Part shown: positions 1 through 8,733 of the stretch, piece by piece
Layout of the letters: each line of letters starts with the position of its first letter
Numbering within the stretch: the stretch's first letter is position 1
Source: Candidatus Altimarinota bacterium
GTDB taxonomy: Bacteria > Patescibacteriota > Gracilibacteria > UBA4473
Reading direction: 5' to 3'
DNA length: 64,000 bases
Assembly: GCA_965231215.1 (NCBI GenBank)
Contig: OZ246423.1
Coordinates: 416,571-480,570, forward strand
The notes under the pieces: model-generated
What the model was told of the DNA's origin: nothing
The model's database searches: none
The model's input: only the letters and a program-made list of their open reading frames with translations
Program-made: the position numbers and the translations under genes

Positions 1-612
1 GGCAGGATTTTCATGAAAACGTTCAAGCTCTGTTTTTTGATCTTCAGTAATGATCCCTTCTTCTCGTAAAGCTTCAGCAATCTCATCAAAATTAGTCAAC
101 GTCAAAATATTTACATCCGCCTCTTTAGCTTTTTCAAAGGAAAGCGGTGTCCCCCAAGTAAAAATAGCAGCAATATTTTTTACTGTAGCCTCAAGTTCAT
201 TTCTTAGGGCTTTGACCGAAACGATAGAACTTCCAGCCGTTGAGATAGCATCCTCTACTACTAATACATTGGGGCGAAGTATTTCGGTTTTGCCTTCCAC
301 CATTTTTCCCGCTCCATGCCCTTTGGGTTTTGATCGAACATACAGCATTGGTTTACCTGTCTGTTCAGCTACAAAGGCCGCCCAAGGAATGCCAGCAGTG
401 GCCGTTCCAGCAACTACATCAATATCTAAATTTTTTTGGCTAATAAGCTGCAAAAATCCATTATTTATTTGCTCTCGAGCTTTTGGCAGACCAATAAGCT
501 CACGGCAATCACAATAAATAGGGGCTCTAATACCCGAAGTCCACGTAAAGGGGTTATCAAAATTAACCCTTACAATTTCATTCTGCACCAAAAGCTGTGA
601 AATATCACTCAT
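1..612 (-). CDS. pyrE: orotate phosphoribosyltransferase (C-terminal end runs off the window start)
   Basis: This gene is not in the ORF track because no stop lies inside the window. My reverse-strand translation from the ATG (complement of 610-612) reads MSDISQLLVQNEIVRVNFDNPFTWTSGIRAPIYCDCRELIG...GTATAGIPWAAFVAEQTGKPMLYVRSKPKGHGAGKMVEG...VLVVEDAISTAGSS. That gives an OPRT-like N-terminus and a type-I PRTase PRPP loop, and the frame stays open through base 1. Track ORF 50..517(+) is its antisense shadow. Confidence 0.85.
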   Translation of the reverse strand, partial: MSDISQLLVQNEIVRVNFDNPFTWTSGIRAPIYCDCRELIGLPKAREQINNGFLQLISQKNLDIDVVAGTATAGIPWAAFVAEQTGKPMLYVRSKPKGHGAGKMVEGKTEILRPNVLVVEDAISTAGSSIVSVKALRNELEATVKNIAAIFTWGTPLSFEKAKEADVNILTLTNFDEIAEALREEGIITEDQKTELERFHENPA

Positions 613-767
613 TGACTTTATGTTATTTATAATTGTAAAACTTCACAAACACAATGCCCTAAATAGTAAGATATGGCATAAAAACACGTACTGGCAAATA
701 AATTTGATTGCGGAAGTCTCAGTTTTGAAACACAATTCAACTAAATTATTTTTAAAAAACATAAAAA

Positions 768-1790
768 ATGATATCAAGTCACGCTCATAAAGTATTGTTC
801 AAATTTATCTGTCTAAGTCTTGCCTTAGTCGTATTAAGCGCCTGTCAAAAAACACCTCATCATAAACCAGTCTCTCAACCTCAACCGACAACTCAAGCTA
901 CTGAAAAACCTCAAAAGGATATAGCTATGGCTGAGACCTCAATGAAAAACAATGAGTCTGATTCAGAAACAACTTCAGAAGACAGCCCCCTAGAGTTAGC
1001 AACTCTACCAGAATATACCTTAAGCGAAGTAGGAACCCATCTAAGCTCATTTGAACTTAGCCAAGAAGCTGAATACCTCAATTGTGCTCATGTGGCCGTA
1101 ACCGGATGTCAGGCACAAACGGTTCTAAACAAGGCTCAAATCAACAAAGATCCTTCAATCTGTAAACTTTTAGGTGAAGGTCAAGAAATGGGATGTAAAA
1201 ACCAAATTTGGCAAGCCCTATCACTACTTGAAAACGATGTAAATTTTTGTGAAAAAATCACACAAGAAAACACTCGAATTACATGTAGTAATAACTTTTA
1301 CCTTTCTAAAGCTCTTAACTCACGGGATGAAAAAATCTGCGAAAACATAAAGGCCCAATCAATCTCAATCACAGCCGCGATAATTAATGTTCCTACTGGT
1401 GCAGAAGAGACAAACATTGCCCCTATAAATACCCCTCCCGAAAACATTGAAGAGGACCCATCACCGCTTATCGAAAACTGTAAAGAGCAGGTTAAAAAGG
1501 CTCTTGAATTCCCACTCCTTGAAGTGCCAACAGAACCCATTGCTGATCTCAGCAACACTCCAGCAGATAATCTAACTCCTTCCGAATTTGACCCAACCAC
1601 AGAACCCGTACAAGCTCCCGAAAATATTGTTGATCCTGTAGATATAACACAAGAAGCTTCAGCGGATGATTTAACCCCTCCCGAATTTGATCCAACCGCA
1701 GAGCCCGTGCAAGCTCCCGAAACTATTGCTGATCCTGTAGATCCAACACAAGCTCCCGCAGATGATCTAACCCCGACAGATCAGCCTTAA
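768..1790 (+). CDS. secreted lipoprotein with Cys-containing middle and acidic Pro/Thr-rich repeat tail (function unknown)
   Basis: Track ORF of 340 aa. The N-terminus KFICLSLALVVLSAC is a hydrophobic signal ending in the lipobox LSAC. The C-terminus carries about 33-aa units of the form DDLTPxEFDPTxEPVQAPExIxDPVD. Confidence 0.75.
   Translation: MISSHAHKVLFKFICLSLALVVLSACQKTPHHKPVSQPQPTTQATEKPQKDIAMAETSMKNNESDSETTSEDSPLELATLPEYTLSEVGTHLSSFELSQEAEYLNCAHVAVTGCQAQTVLNKAQINKDPSICKLLGEGQEMGCKNQIWQALSLLENDVNFCEKITQENTRITCSNNFYLSKALNSRDEKICENIKAQSISITAAIINVPTGAEETNIAPINTPPENIEEDPSPLIENCKEQVKKALEFPLLEVPTEPIADLSNTPADNLTPSEFDPTTEPVQAPENIVDPVDITQEASADDLTPPEFDPTAEPVQAPETIADPVDPTQAPADDLTPTDQP
1566..1787 (+). 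repeat. in-frame tandem repeat (99 nt + 96 nt + partial third unit) inside the lipoprotein gene
   Basis: Unit 1 (1566-1664) and unit 2 (1665-1760) align base by base (gatRatYtaac...ccgaatttgaYccaacc...caagctcccgaaa...gatcctgtagat). Unit 3 (1761-1787) is truncated by the stop codon. Confidence 0.8.
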
Positions 1791-1856
1791 AATCAAAATG
1801 ACTTAGATCCGCTCAAGATACATTCGGCATAGCCACTCGTGCTTCGTGCGTCTCTC

Positions 1857-4800
1857 TTACTTTACTTGATCCCTTGGAAGATCCTGAGGAGCTACTTGAC
1901 TTACCGCAGGCGCTGGAGCAGGGGCCGAAGGAGTGGTTTGAGTCACGGTTATGTTTACCGGTGGCATAGTTTCAGGGGTGGGCGGAATTTGAGGTGCAGG
2001 CACCGCTACTGGAGCTACTTGAACTTGAGGAGCGGAACTGGCGCTTTGCGTGGGAGTAGATGCCGGATTCACTATAGGTGTAGAAGGCGCCGTAGCTGGT
2101 GTTTGAGGCACCAGTGAGGCTACCGGTGGCACCGGATTTGTCGTTGTAGGGGCTGGTGTTCCCGCAGCTGGATCAGCCAATAAATCATTAGAAACTGTCG
2201 GATCAGCTACAGCTGCATTTTCAATAGCAGACAGATTCCCAATTCCCATTCGAGCTTCAATTTCTGCATCTACAAATTCTTTTTTACGTCCGTACTTCAT
2301 TCGTGAATATTTTTTGATAATTTCTGCAATTTTGTAGTTCCGCCCATCTGGATCCCAGATTGTTTCTACAGAAAACGGACGAGAAGTTGTATTATCAATA
2401 TTCAGTTTGATATAAGCCTTATAATTAGCAATCCCTAAGATATCCTGCTGCGAAAGCAGTGGCGCATATTCCTTTTCTAGATATTCAGCATCCTCAGCCC
2501 CAATCTTAAAACTCATCATAGACCCCACATTCCCAAATACAGCATCTCGAATTTTTGAGTCTTTTTGCCCAATAGCTACTCCGCCAGCAGCTTCAGAAAG
2601 CTGTGCAATATACTGATGAGCCATAATCAAATTCAACCTATATTTACGTGCCTCAGACAAAATCGAAGCAAAAGTATCGGTCGCAAAATTTTGGAACTCA
2701 TCCACATACAAGTAAAAATCCTTACGATCTTCTTTCGCCATATCGGCTCGTCCCATAGCGGCTTGATTTACTTTGGCCACCATAATTAGTCCTAGCAGTT
2801 GGGCATTAATCCCCCCAATCTTTCCTTTAGAAAGGTTGATCAAAAGTACTTTTTGGTTATCCATCGCTTCACGCACATTAAAGGCCGATTTAGTCTGGCC
2901 AATAATATTCCGCATAGTCGTATTGGTCACAAACGGACCAAATTTAGAAGTAAAGTACGGAATCATCTCTTGTTTCTCTCGATCTCCAGTTTGAGCCATT
3001 TCATTTTCCCAGAAGGCTCGCACTACTGGATTTTTCACCTTTGAAACTTTGTACCGTTGGAAATCATCATCAATAAACAGTCTCGGAATATCAATTAAAG
3101 TCGCTCCTTCTTCTTCGTCTGCCATAAGTGTCAGACAACCATTACGGAAGTAATGCTGAATTCGGGGGCCAAAAATTTCATTCCCAAAGAGTTTAATAAA
3201 TATCTCCATAGCATCCAGAGACGCCCGATCCTGTTCTTCTTCTGTCTTGGCTTCCAAAATATTAAGCCCCATAGGACGCTCACGATCGGCTGGATCAAAG
3301 ACTAAAATATCTTTCGCTCTTTCTTTTGGAGTTCGTGAAAGTACATCTTCTACCAGATCTCCATGTGGATCAATTACACATACCCCTTCGCCAAATCCTA
3401 TATCCTGTCCGGCCATATACTCCAAAAGCACCGATTTCCCAGAACCAGATTTCCCAATAACGTAGAAGTGACGGGTCCGATCATTTCGCATAATCTTAAC
3501 CGGTCTTTTGATACCACGATAGACAGAGTTTCCAATAACCACTCCTTCTTTTGGCAGATTAATAGGGGGGGGAAGCATTTTATAATCCAGCCACTTAATA
3601 GTTGGAATTTTATTATATCGCGCATCTGGAAAATGGAAGATAGTAGCCATTTCTTCGGCACACAACAGAGAATCTCTTTCAAACCACTTCCAGAGCCTGT
3701 GATTAAAGTTATGCAAAACGATCTTTCGATTAATACTGTTAAAAGGTAAAATTCGACGATTTTCAAAGTAGTTCTTCCCTTCCCCCTTAAACACATTGAA
3801 GGCTACAAACATAGTATTCAGAATTTCTTGAACCTTATAATCTCCATGTGGAGAAGAAGCTAATACCCGAATACTCACATTAAATCCTACTTGAATAGAT
3901 TTCTCTCCAATCGCCTTAGCAATTTCTTCCTCGGTTTGTAGCATCCGTACATAACTATCCCCGCCACTCGCTCCAGGAGCATTAGTACCTCCATCTACCG
4001 CTGGATCATATCCCGTAAATATAACCTTAAATGGCCACCAGAGAATTCCAAGGATTGGGCCAATAATGGGAATTGATAGATCCCACTTCTTCCCTTTTCC
4101 CTTGAAGAGCTTAGTCCCTTCTTTTTTGGCTTTCTTTTGCCATCTTTTAGAGCGAGGATTTACTACAATCTGGACAACCGCCTTTTCATCTTTTTCTAAT
4201 TTAGCAAAGGCATTCGCCACATTATTAAGCGCATCATCCTCAATTTTTTTGTAGGTTTTAATTGGATACCAGAACTTTTCTTTCCCATAGAGGTAAAATC
4301 CATTGAAAGAAAACCCCTTATCATTAAGACTAAATCTTTTTTCTGGTGGAATTTCTTCAATATCAGCCGATTCATAGAAGGAAGTAATCTGTTTCCGAAT
4401 AATACTTTGATAATAAGAATCACACACCACCACAAAACGCATCTCTCGCGCCTCAAACTGTAATTCTAAAGAAAAATGGGGTTTTCCCCAGATTCTTCGT
4501 TTTACCCAAACATTGTAGATATTCATATCTCGGGTTTCATGCAAAGCTCGAAAAAGCTGTTCAGCTTTTCCAATCTGTTCATGGAAATCTTTTTCAGTTC
4601 GTTTCTCATTATCTAACTTAGAATCATTCCTTGGAAGTGTAACTCGCAAATGAACCAATTCATTTTTAGCCGTTTCTCTCCTTCGTTTAAGATACCGTGT
4701 ACTAATCTGAGTCAATCGGAAAATAGTATAAATATCCAAAACTAAGAAAACCACATTGGTAATAATCTGCCACCACGCCATTTCAGCAGTAATAACCGCC

Positions 4801-4916
4801 CAGGGGTTGGCCTCAGTAAACCACGCCGTAATCAGCAGCATACCAAAGCGCAGCTCATACATCCCGCGTGCAAACCACCCAAGTCGGATTAGAAACCATC
4901 TTAATACACTACCCAT
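1857..4916 (-). CDS. VirD4/TraG/TraD-like membrane-anchored P-loop ATPase (type IV coupling-protein-like) with Pro/Thr/Ala-rich C-terminal tail
   Basis: Track ORF of 1019 aa with N-terminal hydrophobic segments. Motifs seen are Walker A (HFYVIGKSGSGKSVLLEYM), VIDPHGDL, Walker B (FYLYVDEFQNFAT) and SEARKYRLNLIMAHQYIAQL, typical of coupling-protein/FtsK-HerA-type ATPases. The last ~110 aa are low-complexity P/T/A/V (encoded around 1857-2200). The CDS is solid; the family was assigned from motifs only. Confidence 0.7.
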   Translation of the reverse strand: MGSVLRWFLIRLGWFARGMYELRFGMLLITAWFTEANPWAVITAEMAWWQIITNVVFLVLDIYTIFRLTQISTRYLKRRRETAKNELVHLRVTLPRNDSKLDNEKRTEKDFHEQIGKAEQLFRALHETRDMNIYNVWVKRRIWGKPHFSLELQFEAREMRFVVVCDSYYQSIIRKQITSFYESADIEEIPPEKRFSLNDKGFSFNGFYLYGKEKFWYPIKTYKKIEDDALNNVANAFAKLEKDEKAVVQIVVNPRSKRWQKKAKKEGTKLFKGKGKKWDLSIPIIGPILGILWWPFKVIFTGYDPAVDGGTNAPGASGGDSYVRMLQTEEEIAKAIGEKSIQVGFNVSIRVLASSPHGDYKVQEILNTMFVAFNVFKGEGKNYFENRRILPFNSINRKIVLHNFNHRLWKWFERDSLLCAEEMATIFHFPDARYNKIPTIKWLDYKMLPPPINLPKEGVVIGNSVYRGIKRPVKIMRNDRTRHFYVIGKSGSGKSVLLEYMAGQDIGFGEGVCVIDPHGDLVEDVLSRTPKERAKDILVFDPADRERPMGLNILEAKTEEEQDRASLDAMEIFIKLFGNEIFGPRIQHYFRNGCLTLMADEEEGATLIDIPRLFIDDDFQRYKVSKVKNPVVRAFWENEMAQTGDREKQEMIPYFTSKFGPFVTNTTMRNIIGQTKSAFNVREAMDNQKVLLINLSKGKIGGINAQLLGLIMVAKVNQAAMGRADMAKEDRKDFYLYVDEFQNFATDTFASILSEARKYRLNLIMAHQYIAQLSEAAGGVAIGQKDSKIRDAVFGNVGSMMSFKIGAEDAEYLEKEYAPLLSQQDILGIANYKAYIKLNIDNTTSRPFSVETIWDPDGRNYKIAEIIKKYSRMKYGRKKEFVDAEIEARMGIGNLSAIENAAVADPTVSNDLLADPAAGTPAPTTTNPVPPVASLVPQTPATAPSTPIVNPASTPTQSASSAPQVQVAPVAVPAPQIPPTPETMPPVNITVTQTTPSAPAPAPAVSQVAPQDLPRDQVK

Positions 4917-5055
4917 AAGAATAAAATCCCTTTATTATATCACAGAATAAGGGTTCTCACAAGAGGCCAAAATGACGAAAACAGGAGTTATTTTTTAGAC
5001 TATTTGGATCTAAGTTTAAAGCAAAAATGATATAAAACACATAGTATTTTTAAGT

Positions 5056-5080
5056 AAAAAAAAGCGGGCTTTCGCCCGCT
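5056..5080 (-). terminator. rho-independent terminator after the 1100-aa gene
   Basis: The stem gcgggc (5064-5069) / gcccgc (5074-5079) encloses a 4-nt loop. On the minus strand it is followed by a run of 8 U (complement of A-run 5056-5063). It lies 16 nt downstream of the stop at 5096. Confidence 0.75.
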
Positions 5081-5095
5081 CTTTTTCCATTTTTT

Positions 5096-8000
5096 TTATT
5101 GAATTTCTTCTCGCCAGTTTTCCCCTAGGAATTGTTCTAGGATGGGGGGAGTTTGTTCTAGTAGTCGGAGATCAAAGTTGATTTCCATACTGGGTTCTAG
5201 AGCGCTACTTGAGTTTCCGATGTATTTTCGGAAAGAGAGAATGTGGCCAAGGTTCCCCATAAGGTTTCCTGAAACCCTTAGCTGAGTTTCTGAGACTTCA
5301 TCATTTTTTGACTTAACTTCCCCCGTTTCAACAATAAATACGCCTTCTAACTTGCTTACGTCCTTATCAATAAGAATATCTCCATTTCTTACTACAAAGG
5401 CTACAAAGTAATCTCCTGGAATAGCGAAGTCATTATCAATAACGAGGTTTCCACTATCGAGAACAAAGGTCACGCTCTGAGTGAGTCCAGAAAGGTTAAG
5501 GCTATTTACATCTAGATCTCCGTCTCGGAAGTATACTCCTGACTCATAATCGTGCGTTTTGAAATCATCCCCGAATACATTCTGAGTGGTTGTATTTTGA
5601 GCGGCATTTTCATAGAAATCTGTTTTATTTTCTTGGTAGTTCCCAAAGTCTTCAAAGTCAGAAGCGGTCAATACATCGGCCCCAAAGAGCGTGTTATCTG
5701 TAAGGATTTCTCCTTCAGTTACTGGTGCTCCAGTAATTTTATCAACTCGGTAAGACTGAATTCCTACATTTCCAGCTTTAGCCCGTACAAATGGTCGAAT
5801 AATTTGTACCGTAGCTGTAGCTCCAAGAGAAGAAGTTCCTGAAATATATTCTCCAATAGTTGGAGGATTACAGGCATTGTCTCCTACTCCTACAATTCCG
5901 TGATGGATATCACCAGCCGAATCTCGATAGTGATAATCAATTACGGCAAAGGCTACATTAGCAATCTGAGAGGTATCTTTAGTGGCGGCAAGCGCTGTAT
6001 CCATATCATAGTGAACTTTAAAGGTTCGAGCGCCTGTAGCGTTAAGCTGAGCGATTTCACTCGCGTCTAGAATTTTTTCAAAATAGTTTTCAGATGAATT
6101 CCAACTCCATGTACCATTTCCATCACCATCAATGATACCAGTTCGGTTCCAGATATTTCCAGATTCAGTTGGAATAGTTAGGTCGTAGACTTTAATTCGT
6201 CCAGCTGTAATTTGGTGACTTGGATGATCAAAGATTACATTATCTACCGTTACTTCATATTTAACCCGTTCTCCTTTAGCTACGTTAGCATTTCCAATTA
6301 CTTGTTTAGAAATAGTCGCATCCGCTCGGAAACATTCTGGACACGTTCCAACCGGCACACATCCAGAGGGTGGATGAGGGGGGTTAATAGGGGCTCCACA
6401 TTGAATATTAGCTTCATAAGTAGAAGGGTCTACAAATGGATCAATTCCCGATCCTCCGAAAGTCGCTCCACACAGAGCCAATCCTTGATCTTCGGCCCAG
6501 TCTAGGGCACAAAGATGCGCCAAAGAATAGGTTCCAAAGCTTGAATGTCTTGGGGGAGTGTCACCGTCTCGACATCTTCGGTATCTATCCCATAGAGGAT
6601 CACTTGTATCTCTCACTGGTTTTTTACGAATACATTGAAAGGCTCCCGTATTAGGGTGTACGGCACAAGTCCCAAGGGACGGATCAATCGGGCCACCTCC
6701 ACCTCCCGGAAGAGTACAGGAAGCTGTACATTGAGCTCCTGGAGTTCCGTTAAGGGCTCCTAAATCACACTGTTCTGGAGACTGAACAATTCCATCACCA
6801 CAAGTCCCTGGTGGCGTATCATCAAGCACGACTTCTGTTGGATCTTCATCCATAACTACCGCACCAGAAGTGACGCCAGTTCCCGTTACCTTCGCCAAGT
6901 TAGTAAAGGCTGCTGTTACGTTTTCATGAGTACAAGTGTACGTGAAAGATTCTCCTAAGTTAAAGAGGGCATCATTGTTTCCTATGGCTTGAATTAATGG
7001 CAGCGTTTCAGCCGCTGTACGAGCACAACTAGGAGTTCTTTGATCTTCAATAACAACATTTTGAAGGTCTTCATCACCCGTATTGGTCACTTTGATAGTA
7101 AAGTTAGCAGTTTGCCCACTCACTACTTTTTGCGTATCATCTCCATCTGTATCAGGAGTGCCTGGTGTTGAATCATCTTTATCAATTTTAATCTCAGGTC
7201 CTACAGAGCCTCCAACCAATACTACGGTTGGATCAGAATCTGTTACCGGTACTCCATTAAATTGTGGAATATTAGAAACTGAAGTTCCTACAACATTCAC
7301 TACATTAGTGTATCCAGCTTGCACATTTGTATCTTCACAGGTGTAACTAAATGATTCCCCTGGATCAAAGAAATCATCCCTATTCCCGACGGCTTGAATC
7401 AGTGGTAAAGTTTCGGCTGAGCTTCGGTCACAACTTGGGGAAAGTGGATCCGTTAAGGTTACATTGGTAAGCGGAAGCTTGCCCGTATTAGTAGGAGTCA
7501 CCGTAAAGGTAGCCGTTCCACCTTGAGCTACAGTTTGAGAATCATTTCCATCGTTATCCACAGTGCCCGGCGTTGAATCATCTTTATCTACTTTGATTTC
7601 TACAAATTGTTCTACTTTAAATTTGAAGATCACGGCTCTGAAGTGTCCATAAGAACCTGGAACTGTTCCAAGATTTACTCGCACTTTATAATCATTTAAC
7701 ACTTGAGGTGTTACCTGCGTGGTTCGAGTCCCCATATTGTGTCCAGCTCCACAGGTAAAGTTAATATTAGAGGGGTAAGCATCTGGTACTTGTCGTTGAA
7801 TCACATGCGCTGTTTGCAAATTAAGTCCCAATCCTTTCTCATTAAATCCAAGCGTAGAAATATCATTAATCAGAGTAGGAATAGCATTGCTTGAACCAAT
7901 ACTCCCGACGACCGATTCAGGGTTAGAAAAATCTAAATCAACATATACATTCTGAGCGTAATTTGATCCGCCACAGTATTGAGGCGTCGCATTATGCACA

Positions 8001-8398
8001 AAAACCATAACCTTCACCTCATCATTTTCATCAATACTGGTCACAGTATCAAAATAACGTCCTCCGTTAAGGGCAGAAGCCGTAAAATCTCTTTCGTCTG
8101 CATGCTGCATCAACCCATTATTTCGAAGATAATCACGAGCCGCACCAAAATACAATCCGTTATTAGGAAGATGTCCTTTTAAACGGGCGAAAACATAACT
8201 ATCTCTGTACAAGTTAAATACCGGCGTTGCATTTCTTGTAGCCGATGGATATCCCTGTGGATGAGTCCCTACCGTAATTCCATTAGTTCGAGCTGATGGA
8301 ATATTATTAGGAAAAAAATCGCCTGTTCCGGCCAAAACTGAACCAAAAAGGAAGAGAGAAGCTAAAAACGGAGCCAGTAGTTTTTGTGAAAATTTCAT
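5096..8398 (-). CDS. giant secreted protein: two DUF11-like repeat domains with Asp-rich Ca-binding-like motifs, CGDG..EQCD Cys-rich repeat, beta-helix-like C-terminal module
   Basis: Track ORF of 1100 aa with the signal peptide MKFSQKLLAPFLASLFLFGSVLAGTG. A tandem domain duplication is visible (IKxDKDDSTPGTxDxDGxDxQ.V..G.TA.FT...TNTG...L.NV...D...PSC.R..AETLPLIQA.GN.D.....GESF.YTC). The segment CGDGIVQSPEQCDLG resembles the Myxococcus-type cysteine-rich repeat. The C-terminus resembles the tails of the two 1500-aa proteins in this window. Confidence 0.85.
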   Translation of the reverse strand: MKFSQKLLAPFLASLFLFGSVLAGTGDFFPNNIPSARTNGITVGTHPQGYPSATRNATPVFNLYRDSYVFARLKGHLPNNGLYFGAARDYLRNNGLMQHADERDFTASALNGGRYFDTVTSIDENDEVKVMVFVHNATPQYCGGSNYAQNVYVDLDFSNPESVVGSIGSSNAIPTLINDISTLGFNEKGLGLNLQTAHVIQRQVPDAYPSNINFTCGAGHNMGTRTTQVTPQVLNDYKVRVNLGTVPGSYGHFRAVIFKFKVEQFVEIKVDKDDSTPGTVDNDGNDSQTVAQGGTATFTVTPTNTGKLPLTNVTLTDPLSPSCDRSSAETLPLIQAVGNRDDFFDPGESFSYTCEDTNVQAGYTNVVNVVGTSVSNIPQFNGVPVTDSDPTVVLVGGSVGPEIKIDKDDSTPGTPDTDGDDTQKVVSGQTANFTIKVTNTGDEDLQNVVIEDQRTPSCARTAAETLPLIQAIGNNDALFNLGESFTYTCTHENVTAAFTNLAKVTGTGVTSGAVVMDEDPTEVVLDDTPPGTCGDGIVQSPEQCDLGALNGTPGAQCTASCTLPGGGGGPIDPSLGTCAVHPNTGAFQCIRKKPVRDTSDPLWDRYRRCRDGDTPPRHSSFGTYSLAHLCALDWAEDQGLALCGATFGGSGIDPFVDPSTYEANIQCGAPINPPHPPSGCVPVGTCPECFRADATISKQVIGNANVAKGERVKYEVTVDNVIFDHPSHQITAGRIKVYDLTIPTESGNIWNRTGIIDGDGNGTWSWNSSENYFEKILDASEIAQLNATGARTFKVHYDMDTALAATKDTSQIANVAFAVIDYHYRDSAGDIHHGIVGVGDNACNPPTIGEYISGTSSLGATATVQIIRPFVRAKAGNVGIQSYRVDKITGAPVTEGEILTDNTLFGADVLTASDFEDFGNYQENKTDFYENAAQNTTTQNVFGDDFKTHDYESGVYFRDGDLDVNSLNLSGLTQSVTFVLDSGNLVIDNDFAIPGDYFVAFVVRNGDILIDKDVSKLEGVFIVETGEVKSKNDEVSETQLRVSGNLMGNLGHILSFRKYIGNSSSALEPSMEINFDLRLLEQTPPILEQFLGENWREEIQ

Positions 8399-8416
8399 GA
8401 AATCATGTTAATTTTT

Positions 8417-8578
8417 TTAGTATAAGACGTCTTGAGCGTCTTGAGAGAGTTCAAATGGAGCTGGGGTTTCAGCTGAAGGCACTACAGTGTTGTAATACCG
8501 GAACTTCTGAAATGCCAAAATGGCGCCCACAAGGCCTAGAACCACCACAATACCGATTATCATTTTTTTGTTTTTCAT
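8417..8578 (-). CDS. small single-pass membrane protein (53 aa), first gene of the giant-protein operon
   Basis: It is below the ORF-track size cutoff. My translation is MKNKKMIIGIVVVLGLVGAILAFQKFRYYNTVVPSAETPAPFELSQDAQDVLY*, a basic N-terminus followed by one TM helix. It ends 18 nt upstream of the 1100-aa gene on the same strand. Confidence 0.45.
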   Translation of the reverse strand: MKNKKMIIGIVVVLGLVGAILAFQKFRYYNTVVPSAETPAPFELSQDAQDVLY

Positions 8579-8632
8579 TGGATCAACATTAATTTTTCCA
8601 AATCATACCATGATATCACAGTTTAGTAACAA

Positions 8633-8661
8633 TTGCAAGTTCCTAAATTTTGTGGTATTAT
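8633..8661 (+). promoter_or_regulatory. sigma-70-type promoter with extended -10 (TTGCAA-17-TATTAT, TG at -15/-14) for the 943-aa gene
   Basis: The -35 element ttgcaa is at 8633-8638, followed by a 17-nt spacer ending in tgtgg, then tattat at 8656-8661. The ATG is at 8734. The same tttgtggtatWat context is seen at 21066-21078 on the minus strand. Confidence 0.5.
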
Positions 8662-8733
8662 AGACAGAATACAAAAGAACATATACTTATTTAAATAAAT
8701 TGGCAATTTTGTCAAACAAAAACACAGAAAACA

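Noticed and set aside
50-517. 155-aa + strand ORF at the window start
   Set aside because: It lies antisense to a well-supported pyrE reading frame (1-612, minus strand). Its translation is low-complexity, Ser/Ala/Ile-rich, and has no recognisable motif.
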